From Haplodiscus bocki (lineage: Eukaryota), in contig OZ296653.1 of NCBI GenBank assembly GCA_965655095.1, positions 70,804,001-70,868,000 of the forward strand: DNA of 64,000 bases, written 5' to 3'. The position numbers were made by a program, and so were the translations under genes. Position 1 is the stretch's first letter. The number at the start of each line of letters is the position of its first letter. The notes under the pieces are model-generated. The model did no database searches. It saw only the letters and a list, made by a program, of their open reading frames with translations, and was not told the DNA's origin. Below, piece by piece: positions 1 to 13,900 of this stretch.

Positions 1-55
1 CATGCCTCTAGTCATGACTGAAATGTTCACAAACATTCTTTTCCTTTCATTTCAG

Positions 56-326
56 TTTTTCCAAAGCATGAAAAGAATTCCTATCGTTGGGAACAAAGTC
101 AACGATCGTTTTTGGTATGTTGATTCGCACAAAAAAACTCGAGTTGATTGATATCCCTACTTTTCTATTCTACATTTCGACGCAGCACATCTACTTACTC
201 TGACATTTACTTCTTACTAGTCCATGTTTCTGAAAGGAAAATGGCTTTCATGAGATCAGCAAAGCAGACGGAATAATGGCGGACGTTTCTCCACCCATGA
301 GTGAATTGCGGAAACAAATGTTCTAA
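56..326 (+). other. Possible last two exons of a host gene (56-114 and 237-326)
   Basis: Polypyrimidine+TTTCAG acceptor at 51-55, GTATGT donor at 115, AAG acceptor at 234-236. The joined frame is open (FPKHEKNSYRWEQSQRSFL|ENGFHEISKADGIMADVSPPMSELRKQMF*) to TAA at 324-326. No recognisable domain. Confidence 0.2.
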
Positions 327-559
327 ATCCTCGATGTTAACGCAGTGATGTGATAATTACGCGCTCAGTTTTCCGTGGGCGGTATGATCATACACCCTCT
401 CCGCCGCGACCGAGTTTTCACTGCTATGCGTATTCATTCCAATTTCATAACGGTTTTCTTTTAATTTTAGTTCAATTAATTTTCTTCGTTTATGATGGTC
501 ACGATTTAAAAGAACGCCACTAAACAATATTGGTACGCTTTGCAAAATCCTAAGAGGAG

Positions 560-830
560 AAGTAAAAAGACGGCCGGCCACCAGCGGCATATTTTTCGCA
601 CTCTAGCTTTGCAAAAGATACCTTTTAGAAGGATCAAAGTTTTTCAAAAAAACCTTCAGCAAATTTTGATAATTTTTCCAAAATTCTAAATTTTCTCTGA
701 TTTTTCGCGAAAAAACCTCACAATTGAGGTAGAAAAACAATTTTAGGAAATATTATCATTTGATACGAATTCTACAGCATATTTGCCACCTTTAGCGAGT
801 TTGAAAAAAGAACCGTCGAACATCGGAAAC
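560..830 (+). repeat. Copy of a short non-autonomous dispersed repeat (MITE/HINE-like family)
   Basis: Blocks such as gatacgaattctacagcatatttgccacctttagc and ccaccagcggcatatttttcgc are reverse-complement similar to 11850-12078 and 2200-2560. Confidence 0.6.
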
Positions 831-2114
831 TTTCACATCGGACACTGTAAGCGTAAACAAACGTTCGCGTACAGTGGATAACTTTCCTTCCATTTTAAAT
901 ATGGTCGCTAAATGAGGGTAGATCAGAGTGAGAAAGGATACTCCAAGAAAGCTCCTCAAAAAAGCTATCAGATGGTTATTTTATTTGCCAAAAGAAGTAC
1001 TTCAAAAGTGTAAAAAAATGGCGTCCCCAAATTGAGCGAATAAACTAGGCAAGCATTGCTTATTTCGATTAATTTTGAACACTTTCGTGAAAAGTCTTGA
1101 CAATGACGCAAGATAGCAAGAAACAATTTATATATCTTGTTAGTTTTGGTTATTTCCCAAAACTTCAATCTTCATCATTTTTAATCAAAACTTTCGGAAA
1201 AATGCAAAAACTAAGAAAATCTAATTTTAAAGTCCTATTTTAATACCTTGATTTTCAAACTTTAGTAAATTCAAGATGGATTCTGAAAGCTTTTGAAAAT
1301 TTTTCCACTGATGAGTGATATCAACGGTCACAGAAAAGTCAGAGACATCTAAAGATTAACCTCCAAAAAAAATTCAATGTTAGGAAATTTAAAGATGAAA
1401 AACGCATTTTCTACTTTTTGCTCTGTTCGTTGGAAATTTTTCAAACAAACATCATTCTAACCTTCCAAAACTTCTAAGAGCATTTTTTTTGCTACCTTTG
1501 TCCAAAATGATTATTCCCGAAGTTATTCGTGCTTAAAGGTGATGCTTTACTAGCGGCTAGTCGCATTCTTTTATATCATGACTGTATTTACCTCCTTCTG
1601 TCCCTGCTCTGCATTAAGTTCAGGTAACTAAGTGCCTAAAAATCAGTGAAACTTATTCTAGCCGGCACTTTTAATTTTGAGTAAATAAGCTCGACTAATA
1701 CAATACTTGATTTTTCTCATCGCGTATTCGACGATAATGAAGGGTCGATATTTTGCGTACTCCCAAAAGAACAGTGGACATGACCAAAAGCCGTATAATA
1801 CCAACACCGAGTACAAAAAACATATATTTTAAAGACAACACAGGCTCCTCTTATGAGTCTCGGCTCGGCGGAACAAAAATTGAAATGCCGCTCTAGAGAT
1901 TTTCATAAAGATCACCAAGAGGGATTTTTCTGTCAGTTTGAGACAAAAAATTTCAAACGAAGAATTGTGACATCTTTCTTGCATATTCTTGGAAAGCTTA
2001 TTTTTCAAAAAACATTACAGCCCCTCTTAAAGTATACAGAGCCCTGCGAATGGCCCCGACTCCAGTGATTCCCGGCTCGTTACTTCCGCTCATATTTCAT
2101 ACAGGAAGGAAAAT

Positions 2115-2565
2115 CATTCATTCATCATTCAGGTTTTTTTTACCTGAAATTCGCCAATTTCACAATAAGCAAAATTACACGCAAAATTTTTCTTTTTCGC
2201 CAAATTTTTTTCAATTCCACTAGAATGCGACTAATATAGTTTTTCCCACAAAAAAGTTTTTCTTGCCAGAATTTAGGCTTTTCGAAAAAAAATGGTAAAA
2301 ATGGTTTTACTGCAATTTTTTCATGTCAGCAATTTGTATCAAATTTACCGTAAAATGCGACTAATATAGCAATTTTCCCAAAGGTTGTTTTTCTGACCCA
2401 AATCTAGGGTTTTTGTTTACAAAAAATTGAGGAAAATAGTATCAATTGTTTGAGCTTTAAGGCAAACGGTCTGACATTTTGTGGTTTAAATTACAATTTT
2501 GTCGAAGTTTTCCCCTAAATTGTAGGGCGGAAATTATCCAGGAGTTTTCTGGGTGTCTTCTTGTT
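2115..2565 (-). repeat. Copy of the same dispersed repeat family
   Basis: Internal repeats tagaatgcgactaatatag / taaaatgcgactaatatag match tagaatgcgactgaaa at ~11755. The end aaattgtagggcggaaattat...cttgtt resembles 12036-12078. Confidence 0.55.
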
Positions 2566-4384
2566 TGTACTCCAAGTTATTACGATAATTCCCAGAAACA
2601 GAAGACAAATCCCAGAATTATTTCATGCCGCTAACAGGGCTCTGAGGCTGTGCTCGGAGGTAGTACAGTTGCAAAACTACCAAATTAGTAGTTTCCGACT
2701 TGTCACATTGTTTCGGCGGAGAAAACAAAGAGGGCCAAAAAATTGCAGAAACTTGAAACTTACAAGTCAACAAAAAGTAGCTGAGAGTCTTGTCGAGTTG
2801 AAGAACAAAACTGAAACCACTCGGTAACAAGGTCGCTGACACTTGGGTGCATTTTTCAAAAACAAATTCCGTCGATGCCACAAAATCTGGGAAAAAATGA
2901 AAACGTAAACGCGCAAAGTGCTTTGCAATGGGGTTGCAAAGATCAAAAGACACGCCGGACATGTACACTGCATGAGTTGAAAACTTCACTGCATGCGTAG
3001 GTGATTCGTTGCGAAAATCTGTCGCCCCAGAATGAACTGAAAATTTGGCGAAAAAGACCTTCCTGGCATTTATTGCAATCATTTGTCAAAGGAAGAAATG
3101 CAGTTTTTCGAAAAAACACACTGTGTAAGATTGCTTCTCCCACGGCTTTATTATAGAATTTCACACTGACCTACAGAAAACAACAAGAGGGCCGAAGGAA
3201 GAGATGAACATTTACACGAAGAAAGAGAAGTTTCCCAAAATTTTTTCGCTCAACTTTCGGCAGAAGTATATTTACACAATCTCCGAAAAATGGATCCGAA
3301 CTCAACGCTGTTTTCCGGACAAATTTTTGTAACCGAATTAACGCGGCACTTTGAAGTCGTTCAAAAACCCGCCAAGTTACACAAAATCTCCAAAGATGAA
3401 GATGAAAATCAACCTTGACGATCGTTTTGCGCCGAAAAAAAACTGATTAAATCGTTGAGCTGCGACATTGTCCAGTGGGCCCACGGACTTCAACCATTGT
3501 AGCAAAAAACGAATACAGCCATTTCCATTTCTTTATGTGGGAAGAAAGACCAAAAAACATGGAAATGTTGGTTTTTTGCCGCTGACACAATTGACTTTTT
3601 TCCCCAATTTTTTTCCCATATCTCCACCGAAAGTCATCCCATCCATCCAAATCAGTTAGGCATTCAGGAACATTGATTTGCCACCAATTCCACCAACATA
3701 GGAAGCCATAGTATGCGCATGGAAATGATGCTAGTCAAATTTCTTCATTTGCTCAGAAACTTCCAGCGTTTTTAGTTTATTTTCGCTATCAACTTCTGGA
3801 CAGAAAATTTCCGAACACCGAAGGTTAGGAATATGGTCATTTGCAACCTTGCCGCATAGGTTTTCGAAAAACTAGAATGCTCCAGCCAATACGCTCTGAG
3901 ATATAACGCTTGAAAATCAAGAAACGTAGAGGGCTTGTCCTAATTTGTCATAAGAAGTGAAATTGTAAAATGGCAAAAAGAGTATGGAAAAGAAAGAAAA
4001 ACGCCACTAGACGTTATCCAATTTTCCTTTCCATATATGAAACATGTTGAAAATTCCGCATTAGAATACATAAAACTAGCTTTGGCCGGAAAAAAACGAA
4101 TGTCCCATCCGAAAGTTCTCAAACAATAGAACCCTTGGGGGTCTCGGGCATCGCAAGCATTGAAAACCATAATGTAAACAAAATTCCATACTAAGATTTA
4201 GTGAAAAACGAAGTAACAGAAGGAAACTGCTAAACAAACATACATATGAAATGTCATTTTTTATATTAACCAAAAACATAGCTCAAATCTCCGTTTTAAT
4301 TCAGTTAGACAGCTACCCAGAATTTTTTTCAATGTCCTGAAGTTGAAAATTTAAGCAAAATGCCCAAAAAACGTGTGATAAAGA

Positions 4385-5480
4385 TACGAAGCGGAACTTT
4401 GCAACATATTCTAACTGGTCGGTTGAGATCACGGATAACGAATAACATTTGGAACCATGATAGCAGTTGTGATTGCCATTAAAAATACTACACCAATTGC
4501 GAAAATGTCCAATTGCGACCAGTACATGTCACAGGATCTCACTCGAGAAGTTGATATATCAATAATGCCTTTTTGATGTTACGCTAATTTCCCAATGTTT
4601 AAGAAGGAACAGTAAACACCACGAAAATGAAGTACCTGCACAGTCACAATCAAAAAACTGATATCAATCTTGCCTTTTAAGTTACGCCATTTTTCAGCTC
4701 AATGTTTGAAAATTCTGAAAAGCAAACAAAGTCAAAAAAGCTAGTGCCTGCCGCACCCTCTCAGATGCAAAACATTGATATGTAAATCATGTATTTCCAA
4801 GTAAGGGAACTGGCCACATGAACAAAACTTTACCAAATCAGTCAGGTAATTTAAAGTTACACCATTTTGCTGCTAAATGATTTATAGATTTGCACAGCAA
4901 ACAACTCGATAAACTAAACAGCACCTGTAAAAAATCCGTTTTTGACTATTTACACTAGATGATCGGGCTCTCTGATAAAGTCAAAAAAGACGCGTTTTTA
5001 ACCGGATAGAAAAACTGGGCATAATCCGTTTTCGATACAGTTTTTACCTTTCAATCAGAACGGGTGAGAAAGCCGAGAAATCAGGGCATCATAACTACTC
5101 GCTACTCAAACACGGCGAAAACCATTTCACACTTGAAACCCAGTCTGGTTCGCCAATATTATCCTCCAAAAAAACTGTCAACAAAGATCACCCTTCCTGG
5201 AGTTTAACTGACGCCTAGTGTAACATAAAGTACACAGTCGAAGCGGCACTTCGCAACAGATTCTGACTGCACAGTTCAGTTCAAAAATCCTGACAGACAT
5301 TTGAATGCAACATCGGAAAAATGATTGACACTCACACAATTATTACATCAACTGTCGATCAAACGTTTGTTAGAAAAAGTCGAATTGAGAAAAGTACTAA
5401 GTGTTTCGTACTCAAAAAATTAGTCTATCCATCATGTCCTTTTGGCTAGGCCATTTTACAACCTAGTGCACAAGAGATTA
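4385..5480 (+). repeat. Diverged copies of a second dispersed repeat family
   Basis: cgaagcggaactttgcaacatattct (4387), cgaagcggcacttcgcaacagattct (5239) and cgaagcggaacttcgcaacacattct (8476). aaaaatactacacc and tttgttagaaaa..tcgaattg are shared with 8590-8640. Confidence 0.55.
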
Positions 5481-6390
5481 CCGCAGTAAACAACTCCAAA
5501 ATGAATAGTTTACCGCCCACACATTTTTTATATTCAAAACACTGTTATGTCAAAAGTGACCTTTCTCGACGCTGTTGTTCATTTTTTCGCACCAATCTTC
5601 AGAAAATCAACACTTTCGAAAGCGCTAAAACAAGTACTAGGCAAATGACTCAGAAAAAGTTGTTTTTGACCGTTTACACGAGATGACCAGACACTCTGAT
5701 GACATCAACAAATGGAATCGTATTCAGCAGAGCAGATAATGAGCATCTACATTAAATTTTAGCGAGCGGACTGGCAAAAAATCAATCAATTGCTAAATAA
5801 AAACCTGAAAGATCAACTAAACTACCATTCCAGAAAGTGCAAGCCCATTCACCGAATCAAAATGAGAAGTTCTTGAGAACGGCTCCACGAAAAAAAAACA
5901 CCACCTTATTCAACACTTCATTAAAATCGAATTAATGAGTTGAGACGAATGCGGCCACGATGACAAGTGATCAGTTAACAACTGAGAAAAATAAATGGAG
6001 TAATAATTGGTATAGATCAACAGTGCGATAAAAAAATGGGAGGACAAATTAATTAATCACCAGAACATGTAGATTCAGCAAACGCTGGCACGAAAGGTTC
6101 GTGATGACACATTTTCAAGGAAGACAACGGTTACTCCCTTCACTGCGTTACCCTGCGCGCAGTACCCTGCGCACAACGAAAAACGTTAGTACAAAAAAAG
6201 GCTGAAAAAGTCAGAAATGTCATCGAAATCTTGGAACGCCTTCGATAAAATGCTACAGAAACTGGAAAACAGCACCCAAAAATAACAAAAAACGTTGCTC
6301 TTGCTGACAACGGGCAACAACTAATCAAAAAAAATTGAAACTACTTGACACCTGCAGCTGAAACTGATGTACCTTCTGGATACCTACACT

Positions 6391-8252
6391 CAGGGATCTT
6401 AAATAATGAAAGGTGTTTTGATTTAATGACATGAAAACTGCATTACATGAATGACCATGGCAGTACATTCACATTTAATGAATGCTCATTGGTCGGTTGA
6501 TGACATCAATAATTTCTAGGTCGAGCAACCAGGCTCTACAAAACAAAAGGCCATCGTTGGCTTTAAAAAGAAAAAAATAACAACAGTACACGTTGGTCCA
6601 TGCGATACTCAGCCTATTTCAGAGCTGTGTAATGTCTCAGTGTCTGCAATGCCGCAGAAAGAGACCGTGAAATTTTACTTCAAGCGAAACGCAGACACGA
6701 ATTATTACGAATGTCGGTGCAGAAAGGTTCGCAAACGAGACAGAACGCGGGGCCACAGAAATTTGATGGGGCACCTCACCAGAGACCATAAAGACTTTTT
6801 GGACGAATTTTGTCGAGAAAACAACAACACTTTTTCCACTTTTGGCGCGGGGAAAAAATCCCGAAAAGCCAAACAATTTACTCTCTGCTACACTGGCTGT
6901 TTATCGGACTACTAGTTCAACTTCTGTGAAAAAGAGGCAACACGAAAATCTTCCAACCTGAGAGACATCTCTTCGATAACTCTGACCAGTTATATGACCA
7001 AAACAGTGAGGCTCGTGGAAAAAAGAGATTGGAAAGCCCTCTCGGACAAATTTGCCTTGATGATCGATGGCTGGTCAGAAATGGGAAGTTCAACACATTA
7101 TGTTTGCGTTGATGCTTTTTTACAAGCAAAGCAGGTCAGACAAAGTACTTTTTATGGCTTTTGCGCCTCTGTTGGACGCAACTTCATACACCGAAGACAA
7201 CCATTTGGAAGTGCTACAATTCGTTTTGAGTGTTTACGAAAAGTCTATTGAGAACGTGAGCTTTATTGTTTGAAAAGAAAACTTGAACAAATCCATTGCA
7301 CGGAAAATGGGAAAACCAATGATAGGATGTAGTAGCTACTGTCTCAACCTCGCAGTGAGTCGACTAACCAAGAGTTTTCTGAAGAAAATGAGCTTGCGAA
7401 TAAACGTATGAAAAAGTTGTCAGCTCTGAAGCAATTTGCAATTCTGCGTCGAAAATGGAACCTCAGACGGGTTTCGAAAAACGAGACAAGCTGGTCTTCA
7501 ATTTTTTAGCACGTTACTTCGAGTTGAGGTGTTTTATTGATATCAAAGACCCTGAACTGCTACCTTATGTTCTCACACCTCAGAAGGAAAATCCAATTGA
7601 AAATTACCTGGAAGACTTGAAAATTTTTGAATCTGTTTCCAAGAAATTGCAAAACGAAAATAGCACGATGGAAAACGCAAGTATTCTATTTTCTGGCCTC
7701 TGCTGGAATTTTAAACAAATTATCCAAGTTTCAATAATTATTTGCAGCCTGACTAAAATATTGTGTTTTCGCCTCACTTTGACTCTGGAATTGTGAAAGT
7801 GATGAGAGGAGAAAGTGCAAATCGATCGGAAGAAGCAGCAGTTGGACTTTTTGAAAAATCAGAAGGATGCTCTTTTGTCGCAACAAATACCCCTGACTTT
7901 GCCGGGGAGCTTCTGCGAAATTCACAGAAAAACTCCAAGTATGAAGATTTATCTTAGATTTCGCCGACTTCGAATAAACTAGAAATATTTTTCAGCGAAG
8001 CGAAATACTCCTTGGGCAGTTACCACGACGTAATTTTCCCCCAAATACTCGAAGCTCAAATTTTTCTTCAGATGAATAAATGTTTTTGGTCAGTGGAAAC
8101 AATTCAGAAAGTGTTAAATCCAGATACGCAGTAAGAAGATTAATGTTGTCATTAATTTACAACAAGCGCATTTAATTATCGATAAGTTTCGTAGTTTACA
8201 TTTAATGAGGGATTCTCTTCATTATTAATGCATTTAATTATTATAAATCCCC
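6391..8252 (+). mobile_element. Complete hAT-superfamily DNA transposon (decayed)
   Basis: Perfect 8-bp TSD CCTACACT at 6383-6390 and 8253-8260. Imperfect TIRs cagggatcttaaataat / attattataaatcccc. Contains a transposase pseudogene. Confidence 0.9.
6640..8134 (+). pseudogene. hAT transposase pseudogene (BED Zn-finger, DDE core, C-terminal dimerisation motif)
   Basis: BED-like YECRCRKVRK...NLMGHLTRDH; KFALMIDGWS (first D); IGCSSYCLNLAV (CxxH-box, H mutated); FESVSKKLQ; ISPTSNKLEIFFSEAK (catalytic E region); LEAQIFLQMNKCFW. Several frameshifts and stops. Confidence 0.88.
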
Positions 8253-8469
8253 CCTACACTCTCAACGCAAACCCCAAAAATATCATATCGCCGTTACAAA
8301 ACGACTACACAAGCAAGTTCTTGATTAAAGATTGTGTAATTAAATTTCATATTGTATTTCATTGCTATTGTCAGGCGATGATGGCTTAATTTCATTCAAC
8401 GTAAGCTGCAGTATTTTCCGCTGACAAGCGTTTTCTTTAGGTTTCACCTCCAATTTCTAATACCAACAG

Positions 8470-8870
8470 CGAGGCGAAGCGGAACTTCGCAACACATTCT
8501 CAATGTCAGTTGAGATGAAAATTAAGAATTACACATCAAAGGTCGAGAGAAACATTTTTAAACACGATCGGAGATGATTGACAGTTCAAAAAATACTACA
8601 CCGGCTGTTAATCGAAAGTTTGTTAGAAAACCTCGAATTGCAACAAAAATTTATCACAGTGCCTCATACTTTAACATCTAATCAGTGAAGAATGCCTTAT
8701 TAGGTTTTGCATTTTGCAGCCTAATGTTCCAGACTAGAACAGTAATCAACGCGGAGATGAACAATATACCACCAAAAGTGTTTCACATTCATGACATAGA
8801 AGACATATTGATATGTAAAACATGATTTTTACGAGGATTTTGTTCACTTTTTTCAGATCAGATATTGACA
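8470..8870 (+). repeat. Copy of the second dispersed repeat family
   Basis: Similar to 4385-4800 and 5240-5480 (shared blocks above; also acatattgatatgtaaaacatg vs aacattgatatgtaaatcatg at ~4772). Confidence 0.55.
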
Positions 8871-10989
8871 AAATCAAAACTTTTTACAATGTGAGAATAA
8901 CCAACGAAATGTCTCAAAAAGGCCGTTTTTGATAGCTTTCACTATATCCATAAAAACAGGACAGGATAAAAGAGCCAAATCATACGCCGGTTTAAATTCA
9001 GTCAGAATGTGTAATAAATCCAGAAAAGGCATGTAATAAGTTTTATAGGAAGGTTGTTGACATCCATCTCTGAGCATCAGCAAAACTGAAATGACGTACA
9101 AATTACAAGATACCTTATAACACTGAGCCGTAGAAAAGAAACCTGAGAGATCTCGGTTTGAAGGCCTTTTGATTCTAGCAACTATTAAAGCCCTAAAAAC
9201 ACCACGAGTTGAGAACAGCTCAGAATGCGCGCTGCTCATCTGTCAGAATTTTGCGTATATGCAAAGTAAGGAGGTAGTACAAAAGTCTGGTTGAGGCTAC
9301 ACAAATTTGGGGTATATGCAAAAAGTTTTATGAAAGAGGTCCGTTTTGGTGACTCGAAAAATTTCGGATAAACCACAAACAAAATTATTTCTTACGGTTG
9401 AGAAAGCGATGCATTTTGCAAATTTTGGTATCACAAATTTTTTGGTGTTGATGGTCCCTTTCTCATTGAGGAAGAAATCAAGTTTCAAAATTACTTTAAC
9501 CTCTCACTCGAAACCAATTCTATACTAGCGATGAAAGATCCTTTTTCTCAAATCAAATGGCCAGAACAAACAGAAAACTTAACTGAACAATCAAAAAACT
9601 ATTAGTAAAAATCTTCAGCATAATAAAAAAAGGCGATGGTTAGTGAGAACAAATTTACAAAGTTCAATTTTTACAGTCACCTATCTATCTACAAGGTGTA
9701 TATATGTAGTGATAATTTGATCCAATTTTTTATACTTTACCGTGCATAAACATCAGTAGCATTTTTTACTGCGTATTCATAAATCGAATAATTTAAAAGC
9801 CGCTGCGGCCTTTTGAGCAAGACACTGCGCTTTCAAAAATTGTCAAAGTTTCTGACTTTCAGCGATACATTGAAAACGTAATAACAACCCATTTACGAAA
9901 TTTCAGCTGAAAGGAATTCCTAGTGTCGTCTTTTTGTCAAAATTTATCAAAATTGAGGGAAAATGTCATCTCAAAGGCGCAATGACGTTAAAAAAAATTC
10001 ATAGAAGACAGAAATACTTTCCACTGAACACAAAAGTGTCAGAAAAAAATGGAACCATTATTTGAGAAATGATATTGGAATGCTACATATACTTGCGCAA
10101 AACTCGAAATCAACTGAAAATCACAAGATATAGTAGAAACAAAAGATACTTAGAAAATTATCTGGTTTACAATGGTTCTTGGTTTAAACTTCTACGATAA
10201 TCGTTATAAAAGCTAAGAGATTCCGCATCTCTATGTATTCAGGTAGGAGGTTGATTTTGCATCACAACCTTTGAAGTTTTGAGGACCTTCTACTCCGTTT
10301 TTGAGCACCTTTCATGTACTGTCACGATGCCCCTCATCTACTAATCACTGTGACGGGCATGTGTGGGAAGGATAAGAGGAGAGGAAAAGATTTATTATTT
10401 TGGTTCTTATTTTCAGTCTCGTTTATAACGGTGCGTGACTAGTGCTCCGTTTGTTGTCTGAGTCAACACAACTGTTGCTGTGTAAAAATTTGAGTATTCA
10501 TTAAGTGCAGAGACTCAGAGGGGACTGATAACGAGATCTTTTGATCTGCTTTTCAACCAGCCCCGGGAATACTATCATGCACTTCCAAAAGAGCAAACTC
10601 AAGTTCCCTTTCCTGATATCGAAAGTCCTAAGTGTTCTACAGTGCTAACTATTACGGAATTCGACATTTTGATGCTGGAAGTTTTTTTTTAAAAGGATCA
10701 TTAAAAAAATACGGTAACTACTGGAAAATTAAATCGACAAGTCCAATATTAATTAGAAAAAAGCTAATAATGGCAGAAAACTTGAACTTGTTGAAGATTC
10801 CGCGCCTTTACATCTTCGGGTAAAACTGAAGCAGTTCTCATTGCGGTGTACAGTAGAGATCTTCTGATCTAATGGAGTGCTTGTTTTTTAAAAAAAATTT
10901 GGGGTCGGAACGTTAAATAGATTTTGAGCAGATCTACGGGTGGACCTACTTGAAGTTTCATAACAAAAAAGTTTGATTAGGTATGCTTT

Positions 10990-13900
10990 TTCGTGGCGTT
11001 TTGTCAATGGTCGCAGTACGAATTCCAGCAATTCATAAACATGGAAATCGTAAACAGTTAGGATTTGATTAAAAACAAACAGGTCTTCACAGAGGTCTCG
11101 TTTTGTCCACTAAAAAACCAGTTTCAAAATTTTCTTTCACAGGATGATTATAGGATTCAAATTGGTTCTACAACTACAGCCATACACCAGGACAACGAAC
11201 TTGATAATAGGATTTATTATAATAGATTATAATAAATGTTTTCTTGGTCTATAATGTCTAAGCTTACACACAATTCCATCCTGTTTCCCGAGTCTCTCCA
11301 CAACTGAATCAATGTGCGACCGAAAAGAAAGTTTAGAATCAATTGCTATTCCTAGAAATCTACAATTGGTAGTAGCACAAATGATTGCGTTACTAATGGA
11401 ATAAGGGTGTTGGAACAAATTTGAAGCACTAGAACCTATTGACATTTTAAAAGTCACTACCAGTTTAATTGCATTCTGTCAAATAAATGCATTCCATTGA
11501 ATCAAATGCTATGTTTTCAGTTACTTGATTTAAAGCAGTTACATTTGAATATTCAGCGAATAAAAACAATTCAGTGTGTTCTGCAACTTTGGGTAAGTTA
11601 TTTATCATTTTGCGCCAGATTCTTAAGAATCTTCCTCTCAAAGAGGTCCGTTTTTTTACCCGATGTTCCCCAATTGAGCTCGTATAAACGACTCAACATC
11701 GGTTTTTCACCTGTCTGACGTTTTTTCTTTCATCAAATTATAGCAAATTTGCCGTAGAATGCGACTGAAACAAGATTTCTCAAAACGTTCGGGGTTCTCT
11801 TTGTCAAAAAATCAATGGGTTTTTCCCAAAAAGTTTTGATTTTTTTTCAAAATTGCTAAAGGTAGCAAAGTTGCCTAAGAATGCGTATCGAATGGTATTA
11901 TTTAGAAATGTTTTTTTGCGCCCTGCATATGAGCTCTTTTTAACAACAAATTCAAGAAAATTTTGAGCGTTGGAAAAATTAAAAAAAAAATTCGACGAAA
12001 AAAACGTTCCCATCTGCTAAAAATGCATCATTGCCAAATTGGGAAGGCGCAAATTATGCGGCTGGTATCCAGTCATGTTGTATATTTTAGAAAGAGAAAT
12101 AGCCCTAAGATTGACCCCTGAGTAACACTATGAGATCTCGTCCTCCAATCTGAAGTTTTATCAACGAGCGGGACTTATTGTTGTCTATCAGATAGGTGAC
12201 TCACAAGCCAACTATAGCAGTTGCCATGCAACCCGTAGGTCTTCAATTTTTCCAATAAAAAAGAATGATCAATAGTATCAAAATCTTTCCGCAAACCAAG
12301 ACAAAAAATTCATGACAATTTCTATATTTTGTTCAGGTATTCAGTCCGTCAATTAAATAATAGCATCAACAGTACAGTGCATTCTCCTAGAACCAAATTA
12401 TTTGTCATGGAAAAGCTCAAAATTTTTCCCAGTTTGAGTAAAGTCTATGGTGCATAAGATTTTCAAAATATTTGCTCCAAACATTAAGGAGTGATATTGG
12501 CCGGTACTTGTCCTCGTGATCTTGAGCATTTTCATGACCTGGAGAACTACCTTAGCTTTTAAGAATGTCTGGAGAAACTCTCTGTGGAAAAGATTGATCG
12601 ATAAGATCAGTTATATAAGGAACAGTGATATTCCTCGTCCTCTTGACTATAGCGTAATGTAATTCATCGTTACCAGACGAAAACTTGTCTTCAAGAGATT
12701 CAATTAACGAACAAACTTCGCTGCAGTTTGTTCTTTATAGAAATATGCTATGATTTACCGCTTCTGGCAAAACAGGATTTACCTTTGGCAGATCCTGTGT
12801 AACAGAATAGCCGATAACAGTAAAATACTCTTTCAGCTGGCCAGCAATCCTTCGTAATAGGGTTCTGAATATTTGATTTCCAAGACTAGAGCGTGGGTAT
12901 TTGGTTGCTCGTTCGTTCTTGACCTCTGATTTCATTGCGCAATTCGTAAATATGCTCTAAGTTCCATACGAAACTGTCAAACATTCAAATAGTATAAATT
13001 TTTGGCCTTCTTAATTAATTTCTGTTCTCTGTCTATAGCGCTTGAAGTTTTGAAGAAACGCTTCATTAAACTGATTCTTTTTCCATTGCTTATGAACTAT
13101 GTTTCTTTTGCTGATTATTTTTTGATTGGATTAATAAGCAACGTCGGTAACTTGGAAGTTCGATTTAATTCTCTAAAATGGGCGATATCAAGTAAGCAAT
13201 TTTGGAGAACGGAAGCTTTGCTTGAGCGATCACCAGTTTTATGTCTCCACTGGCGTCAGAGAGCTCTTGTGAAAGCATCTGCGAGTACCGTTCCAATATC
13301 TGGGCCTTTTAGAGGAAGGAGAAAGCCCCATAGGATGAAAAATTGACTTCAGTCGTGTGTGCATCCCACGTAACTAGAAGAACTTAATGGTCGGAAAACT
13401 TTGTTGTTTGAGAACATTAACATTACAATCAATGTTTTAGGTTACAGCGTGACTAATTCAAGTTCGTGAAGTAGGTATTATTCCAGTAGGCGTATTTGAT
13501 ACCATCTTGAAGCATATTGCTTCAATGTCATTAAGATATTTCGACTTCAAGAATATATTCGGTATTACGTCCATGTTACAATCACCATCAATTATGGCGG
13601 GAACTTTTTCTGACGTTACGCTCTCTGAAAACTCATCAAAATTACGAGAAAAAAGCAATTTTGTTCTTTCTGGGTGGATTATAAATGGAAAGTAGTCTAT
13701 ACCAGAGCCCGCAGGCCTCGATAAGCAAAAAAGATCTGCTCAAACGGGCTTTCATGTTTGTATAAGATTGCCATTTTCTCGCACTTGCATGTTAGCAACT
13801 CCATAGCGGTTCAATCTTTTGCTAGCTTGGAATTCCGTATATCCGGCTAAGCGATTTTGATCAACAACATTTTTTTCTTAGTCATATTCCAAATAGAGTA

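Noticed and set aside
2618-3082. 154-aa minus-strand ORF and overlapping short ORFs
   Set aside because: No recognisable motif; Phe-rich composition typical of chance ORFs in AT-rich repeat DNA.
8874-9239. 121-aa minus-strand ORF
   Set aside because: No domain motif or splice context; adjacent to dispersed repeats.
10320-10620. Possible solo LTR starting tgtcacgatg with a small inverted repeat
   Set aside because: No clear CA end, TSD or second copy in the window.
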